Shown here in pieces: positions 58,301-64,000 of a DNA stretch of 64,000 nt (position 1 is the first letter of the stretch; every line of letters starts with the position of its first letter). Origin of the DNA: Marsupella aquatica (taxonomy: Eukaryota > Plantae > Marchantiophyta). The stretch spans positions 22,787,867-22,851,866 of the forward strand of contig OZ316894.1 in the NCBI GenBank assembly GCA_973895155.1, in the 5' to 3' direction. The translations under genes were made by a program, and so were the position numbers. The notes beneath the pieces were generated by a model. It ran no database searches, was not told the DNA's origin, and was given only the letters and a program-made list of their open reading frames with translations.

Positions 58301-60191
58301 GTTTATAAGGAGTCTGTAGCATTAGTGGGGTAAGTAGTGCCACATGTACCTAACATCTGTAAAATGGGTTTCAATCTTAGTTTGGCAGCCTTGCCATATT
58401 TAGTACATGCCTGAGTACATGTGAGCCTTGCGACCCTTTATGGTCCATTATTTTTGAATTACAAAGTGATCTCACACTGCAATGGGAGATCAACAAGTCT
58501 TATCTGGGTGCGCACAAGTTGGCCAGCTTCGCTACCTGACCATGGACAACCTGTAACTACGCCACAAGTGAAGTCGTAAAATTTATCCAGAACTATGACC
58601 TTCATAGAAAAATGATGAAGTTCAAAAGGTCACCAATACCTGCTCAACATTACCAGCTGAGCAAGATGTTCTGGTTGCTAGAGGACAATGTCACTTTGGA
58701 GTTGCAAGGGAAGCTGTTCTTTGACTCTTTGGGCAAGCGGGAGAACAGGCATACTGTGGCCTCCTGCAAACCAACTAATTATTGCGCTGCACTTTCAGGA
58801 GCCAAGGTTGGAGATCTATGTGAGTCAGATTGTGTGCGGGATTGTGTGCATGGGGGTGCCCAGCTGCGGAGACCGTGATTCCGGCATGTTTGATCTTGTT
58901 GCTGACCCCAGAGTGGAGTTCTTACAATCCAAGTTTTTATCATGGAAAACCATGAGTGGATCTTAGAAGAATCTGGCAATGAGACTTGATTGGGGCTAAG
59001 GACAGCCAATTAGTTGGCATCCTTCAAATTACCTTGGAGTACTGCAGAGAGCACCTCCAGGGCCAGGATGACAATTTGAGGAAGTCAAAAGGAGATGCTC
59101 AGAGTTAAGAGGAGCACTTTTGTGTACATACACATCACTACACAACATACATTGTGTGTCACACACATCCAAATTAAAGTAGGCACAAACAAGCATAGGA
59201 GAATGGGATATAAGTGGAACTCATGTCCACACATGTCCAAAACCCACAATAATCTTCACAAGAATCAAACCACAATTGATGCCAACAACACACAACCGAT
59301 CACGTTTGATCCGATCACACACGTATGCTGAGCCATGTACACGCACCTTGCGTTCAAGGAATCCATGTTTATGTATACAAATCTGGACGGCCACACCATA
59401 GCTGCCAAAGCTCATGCTTGAAGACTCAACATCAAAAGATGAGGCCTCCAAGCCGCCACAAGGGATAACTATCCCAGCCTTCAAACGTAGAGAAACCCTA
59501 AAGTGCTCAATAACACACAGTCATATGAAAGCTCTAAACTCAGACAACATGATATATTCTAATAGTGTTCATAATGGTGTGACAACGTATTGTTTTCATA
59601 ACAGGCAAGCAATATTTGCATATTGTGCCAATATTATTTCTAGTCAAAGTGGTTTAGAGGCTAGGCCTTGTTAGAGGCTAGGTTGAAGATAAATTTTCTA
59701 AAATTCCACACTTCAAATAAAGTAGGAGACACCATTTAGGTGGTGCTACACTGTCTATTGTTTTCTTAGCCTTACATTGGAACATCCAAGTGATCAATAT
59801 ATGCATCTAAGCACCCTTTCTAAAAAATTCCCAAGTATACATAGCTACTCTATTAATCTGTTCATGGTCTCCACATCTGAAGCTCCATATTTAAGTAAAG
59901 TAATTTGAAAGCCACAAGTAGCCACAAGTATTGGCAAAATAGCCAAATGAATACAAGTATAATTTACTTTTATGCCATGCAAGCTCTTGAAATGTTGCAT
60001 ACTCATGCAAAAGTAGTCTTGAACTCTTGCAAGTAAAGACTATGAGTAAGAGCACTCTACAAGATTGACAAGCCTTGGGGATGTAAACTAGGATCTCTTG
60101 GACAGATGGAATACTCTCCGTGACCATTGAGATAAACCATTCAGTTAGGATATATGAGACTCAACATGAGATCTTCTAGCTAGACTTGGAT

Positions 60192-61742
60192 TTAATTAGG
60201 GCTGGCAGAAGGCTCTGAAGTCTGAGGCCCAATATCTAAAGGTCTCTGAGTACTAGAAGGGGTCTTGGAAAAATCTTGAGGCCTGGAGGGGCCTCCCTCA
60301 CAAGTTGTAGTACTTGTACGGTCGGAGCCAAAAGCACCACGAAGAGAATCCCTAACTTTCTCCAAAAGACTTCTCCGGCTTGGAAGACCTCTACTTCTCT
60401 CCTTCATAGCATGAAATCTGTCATGCTCCTTCCTAGACCTATTTTTTACCATGGGCGTGCTGCCTTCTGATGTTGTGTTGCTCATGTCCTCATCAGCATC
60501 CTTGTCGATGTCAGACATTGAACTGGGAGGTGTTTCATAATGAAAGTTGTCAATGGGATCCAGGGAGCCTTCAGAAGCCTCACTTGCTACATAGTGAGAA
60601 TCCACTTTTGACAGGTGAAGGGATCCCATTGGAGTAAGTAAGACAGGTTTCTCCTGACGCTCGCGGATTCGAAGCCTCTGAAATTTACCGTACCTTGATC
60701 CCTTTGCACAACCATTTGAGTCTCTACCAGATTTGTAGTTCCTTTTTTGAGACATGGGCATGTGCTTCCATTTCCCTAGCATGTGTTTGCTATAAGTTTT
60801 CCTCTCTTCATTGTGGGCCTCAGCTTTAGCATTTTTTTCGCCTTCAACTTTGTCTTCCTTGGAGGGCCAAAGCCACTTTCTTATACTACCCCCAAAATAA
60901 TTGCTGCTGGATCCCTTCTTTGACTTTGTCTTCTTGCCACGATGGCGAGCTCGGCCATGTGCACGATGTTTTGTCCTCGTCCAACCCCTCCCCCTTTTTC
61001 TCCTCCCTCTCCTCTTCCTTCTCCTCCTTCTCCTCCTTCTCCTCCTACTATGAGACCGCCTCCTATGAGATCTGCTCCTACTTCTACCCCTGCTCCTACC
61101 CCTACTTCTATATTTGCCAATTTCCACTCCATATCGGAGGTTTGCAGCTCCATCAATGACCTTGAGTCGTGCAATTTTTTTCAGAAATGCTACACTTGGT
61201 TTGTACTTCAAGCCCTTGTTCTTGCTACCAATAGAGATAAGCAAGCCTTTTGCCACAAGCCTTTCAAAACTCAGTTGTAATCTCACTTTGAACTTCTTCC
61301 CAAGTTTCAACCTGTAATGTCTTTCAATGTTCTTTAAAATTTGCTTATGGCTGTATCCAGAGCGGTGAATGTGGGAACACTTGAGGCGGAGGAAAACGTC
61401 ATGAATGAGATGAGCAAATGTTGCATGGTGATGTCTAAGCATTGACACTGTGGATTTTCTCTTCTTCCTCTTCCTCTTCTTCTTCCTCTTCTTTTGCGAG
61501 CTCTTACTCCATACCTTCCGCCACCATGATTTCTTCTTCACTTTGGTCTTCTGTTTGGCCATAGCTTTTGTTTTTATGACTGGGGGCAGCGATTGCTCTA
61601 ACCTCAGCTCATCCTCCATTTCCTCCTCTTTTCCATCTGATTCGGGTCCTGGGGAAAATTCTGATGTTGACTCATATTCGATGTCATCAATGGATGCATT
61701 TTCCGAACATTGGTTACCTCGAGAGGCAAACAATGATGACAT
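60192..61742 (-). CDS. Divergent H1-domain protein with poly-Arg/Lys tracts; paralog of 50960-53242 (516 aa)
   Basis: TFAHLIHDVFLRL...GYSHKQILKNIERHY...LQLSFERLVAKGLLISIG, then RSRGRSRSRSHRRR...RRRRRRRRRKRR; acidic N-terminus. Confidence 0.75.
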   Translation of the reverse strand: MSSLFASRGNQCSENASIDDIEYESTSEFSPGPESDGKEEEMEDELRLEQSLPPVIKTKAMAKQKTKVKKKSWWRKVWSKSSQKKRKKKRKRKKRKSTVSMLRHHHATFAHLIHDVFLRLKCSHIHRSGYSHKQILKNIERHYRLKLGKKFKVRLQLSFERLVAKGLLISIGSKNKGLKYKPSVAFLKKIARLKVIDGAANLRYGVEIGKYRSRGRSRGRSRSRSHRRRSHSRRRRRRRRRRKRRGRRKRGRGWTRTKHRAHGRARHRGKKTKSKKGSSSNYFGGSIRKWLWPSKEDKVEGEKNAKAEAHNEERKTYSKHMLGKWKHMPMSQKRNYKSGRDSNGCAKGSRYGKFQRLRIRERQEKPVLLTPMGSLHLSKVDSHYVASEASEGSLDPIDNFHYETPPSSMSDIDKDADEDMSNTTSEGSTPMVKNRSRKEHDRFHAMKERSRGLPSRRSLLEKVRDSLRGAFGSDRTSTTTCEGGPSRPQDFSKTPSSTQRPLDIGPQTSEPSASPN

Positions 61743-62306
61743 GTTTCAATCCCGGTTTGATTTTTAATCCTGGTGAAACTGGTGACCACCTGTAATCCAA
61801 TTTCTCTTGGGAATTCAGTTTGGAAACTAGCATGAAATGTGAGTACTGTGTCTTAAATTTTGTAGTGTGCCAACTTTTCTGACATTTCATGTATAGCCTT
61901 GCCAGAATTATCACCCCTTTCAATGACATAGGGATGTCAAGAGGACCAAAGAGATTATTTGGCACCTATTTCACGGGTCTTAACAGATCAGGCTCTGTAA
62001 AATGTAAAATTTGGAGGATAGTTAACCAAAAAAAAATTGATTCTGCAAAAACAAAGAATGAGTCCCAAAGTGCTTGGAAGTGGCCAAGCTCCACGGTAAT
62101 TTTTTTGGCTAGGTATGATTTATGGTCAAACTGATAACGTGATCCTAAAAGGACTGAAGCAATAAAGGCCAGATCATCAACTGTTTAGTACACTTAGAGG
62201 AAAGTCCCTAAGAATTCCCTTAATATGAGAGCTTATTCATGTGTCAATAGGGTATAATTATGTTGAAAACAGAAGCAACAACCTGTAACAATAGCAGATT
62301 TTATCG

Positions 62307-62309
<3 letters not shown>

Positions 62310-62337
<28 letters not shown>

Positions 62338-62338
62338 A
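62310..62338. repeat. (TAT)n microsatellite
   Basis: tattattattattattattattattat. Confidence 0.9.
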
Positions 62339-64000
62339 TTTTATTTGCCTCAATTGAAAAACATGCAATCAAGTATGAAACTCTCATGAGCCTTCTCTGC
62401 TACCGAGACAAACCCCCACCCACAAACCCCCACCCTTCCTGATGAATATTTTAGTAAATATTCACAAAAGTATCAGTAAGTAGCTAAGTGGCCTTAAGAT
62501 ATCTTGGTAAGAACAGCTTTAATGATCTTCCCAGTATAAGAAGGATGCAATGAAATCTAGCTTCTTATGCATCAATAAAAGCAGAATCTGTGAATTAATC
62601 TCACTTTCAGATTCTACAGTAAAGCAGCACGTGGAGAAGTCATCAAGCATTGTGGATACCAGGCCTACATGTTTTATTCATGTTTTTGTATAGTTTTGAA
62701 ATGTGTGCCTTGTTGAATTTTGATGTCCTTAATTTCTACCTGTTCCAACCCCTGATTTTACCTTCTGTATACTTCCAGCAAGCCAAACTAGAGGCATTGG
62801 GCATACACAATCCTTCACAATTTCCAATTCTGACTAGGACCGATTTGGATGCTACAGTTTCCAGGCCTCTGGTACCCCTCACGTCTAAGGAGAATGAAAT
62901 CTTGATCATCTCGAAGAATGATCATAACTCTTGAACTCAAAATAATAATTCAATTCAAACAGCATCATTGTGGAATGGGGAATGTCAAAGCAACCTCAGT
63001 TGAAATAGCACGAGCACAAATGGCGATGGCTATTCACACAATCAATTGGACCTACATGACTTCAATGTTGTTTATTTCCCTTGCAATTTGTCCTTCCTGA
63101 CGTTGGGTTTGGTTTTATTTATCTGCCAACAAATTGGACACATTGACCATTACTTGTTGCCAGTTACACCTTTTTCATTAGAATATGCCTTGTGATGACT
63201 TTTCAGTTCCCACAATCATCCACCCACTAAATTAAGATGATGCAATTCAAGTTCTTTCTGGGATTCTTTCCAATCTAAGTTGTCGGTGCCAGGTTCCATC
63301 ATTCTCCTTCTGCCTCAAGGATAGGCGCTTGCTAATAGGGCTCCTCCATTGAGTTCCTACTTGATGATTATCACTGACTAGCTTCTCTATCGAGCGAGCC
63401 ACAAACATCCCATTGCACTTCGTGCTTGTCCATGCACAGTTATAGATCCTGGTGACATTGGCCACACTTTGGGACTGCAAAACCAAATCCTCCCACTATT
63501 ATTCTGACCATTTGTTGATGGTACTCTAGTTCAGGCTTACTCGTTGGTGGCTTTTCAAAGATGCCCCAATATTTTACCACTGTTGGCATCCTTTGGATGA
63601 GAAATTCTGGCGTGACCTCATGTGGAGACCCCTAGTCACCAGAATGCAGGCACCCCTCCATTGGACAAAGGTAAACCGCAGGAAAATTAAATGAGGTGTG
63701 AATGGGAAATTCTTGCATGGGAAGCCAACAATTGCAACAATTGGTACTTTTGTTACCAAATTTTCTTCGATTCTCTCAATAAGTCTCCCATGTTTGCGGA
63801 TCCTGATCACAAAGCTTACAAATCCCCTTAACCTCTCTAAGTTTGGGGACTGTTTCTTGATTCAATTGGGGTTCTCAACCTTCTTCAGCTCACAATGGCT
63901 GGCCGCAAATAACCTTTGTGAACTAAAGTAGGATTTACATTTTTCATATTGTTCTGAGTACAAATACGGTGCACATAATTTCCTTAGATTAGATAGTAGT

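Noticed and set aside
58440-59010. Possible coding remnant (VVKFIQNYDLHRKMMKF...)
   Set aside because: Interrupted by stops with no recognisable motif; perhaps a decayed TE ORF.
62650-64000. Short ORFs at the window end
   Set aside because: No recognisable domains or consistent splice pattern.

Overview
Eukaryotic, intron-containing DNA from a seed-free land plant with flagellated sperm (inferred from CEP104, a NAC factor and H1-derived protamine-like genes; probably a bryophyte, lycophyte or fern). Host genes are the 3' part of CEP104 (1-3259), a membrane-anchored NAC transcription factor (minus strand, 10088-6989), two aldo-keto reductases inside a tandem segmental duplication, and three H1 winged-helix/Arg-rich protamine-like genes (51-62 kb). 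The most unusual object is a ~9.96-kb Ty3/gypsy-type retroelement (11336-21291, GCAT target duplication). Its polyprotein reads Gag-PR-[DNMT3-like C5 methyltransferase]-RT-RNaseH-DDE integrase-PHD. It lacks ordinary LTRs and instead has split direct repeats (A1-ORFs-B1-A2-B2), a Tf1-like self-priming site, a PPT before B1, and the TG...CA integrase ends meeting inside the B+A repeat. This layout fits integration of a 2-LTR circle at an internal att site. Also present: a 296-bp TRIM whose LTRs carry a tRNA-derived Pol III promoter, a non-autonomous Helitron with a nested MITE, an L1-like fragment, a CRE/R2-like (RLE) fragment and several minisatellites. All calls come from reading the sequence; no database searches were run.
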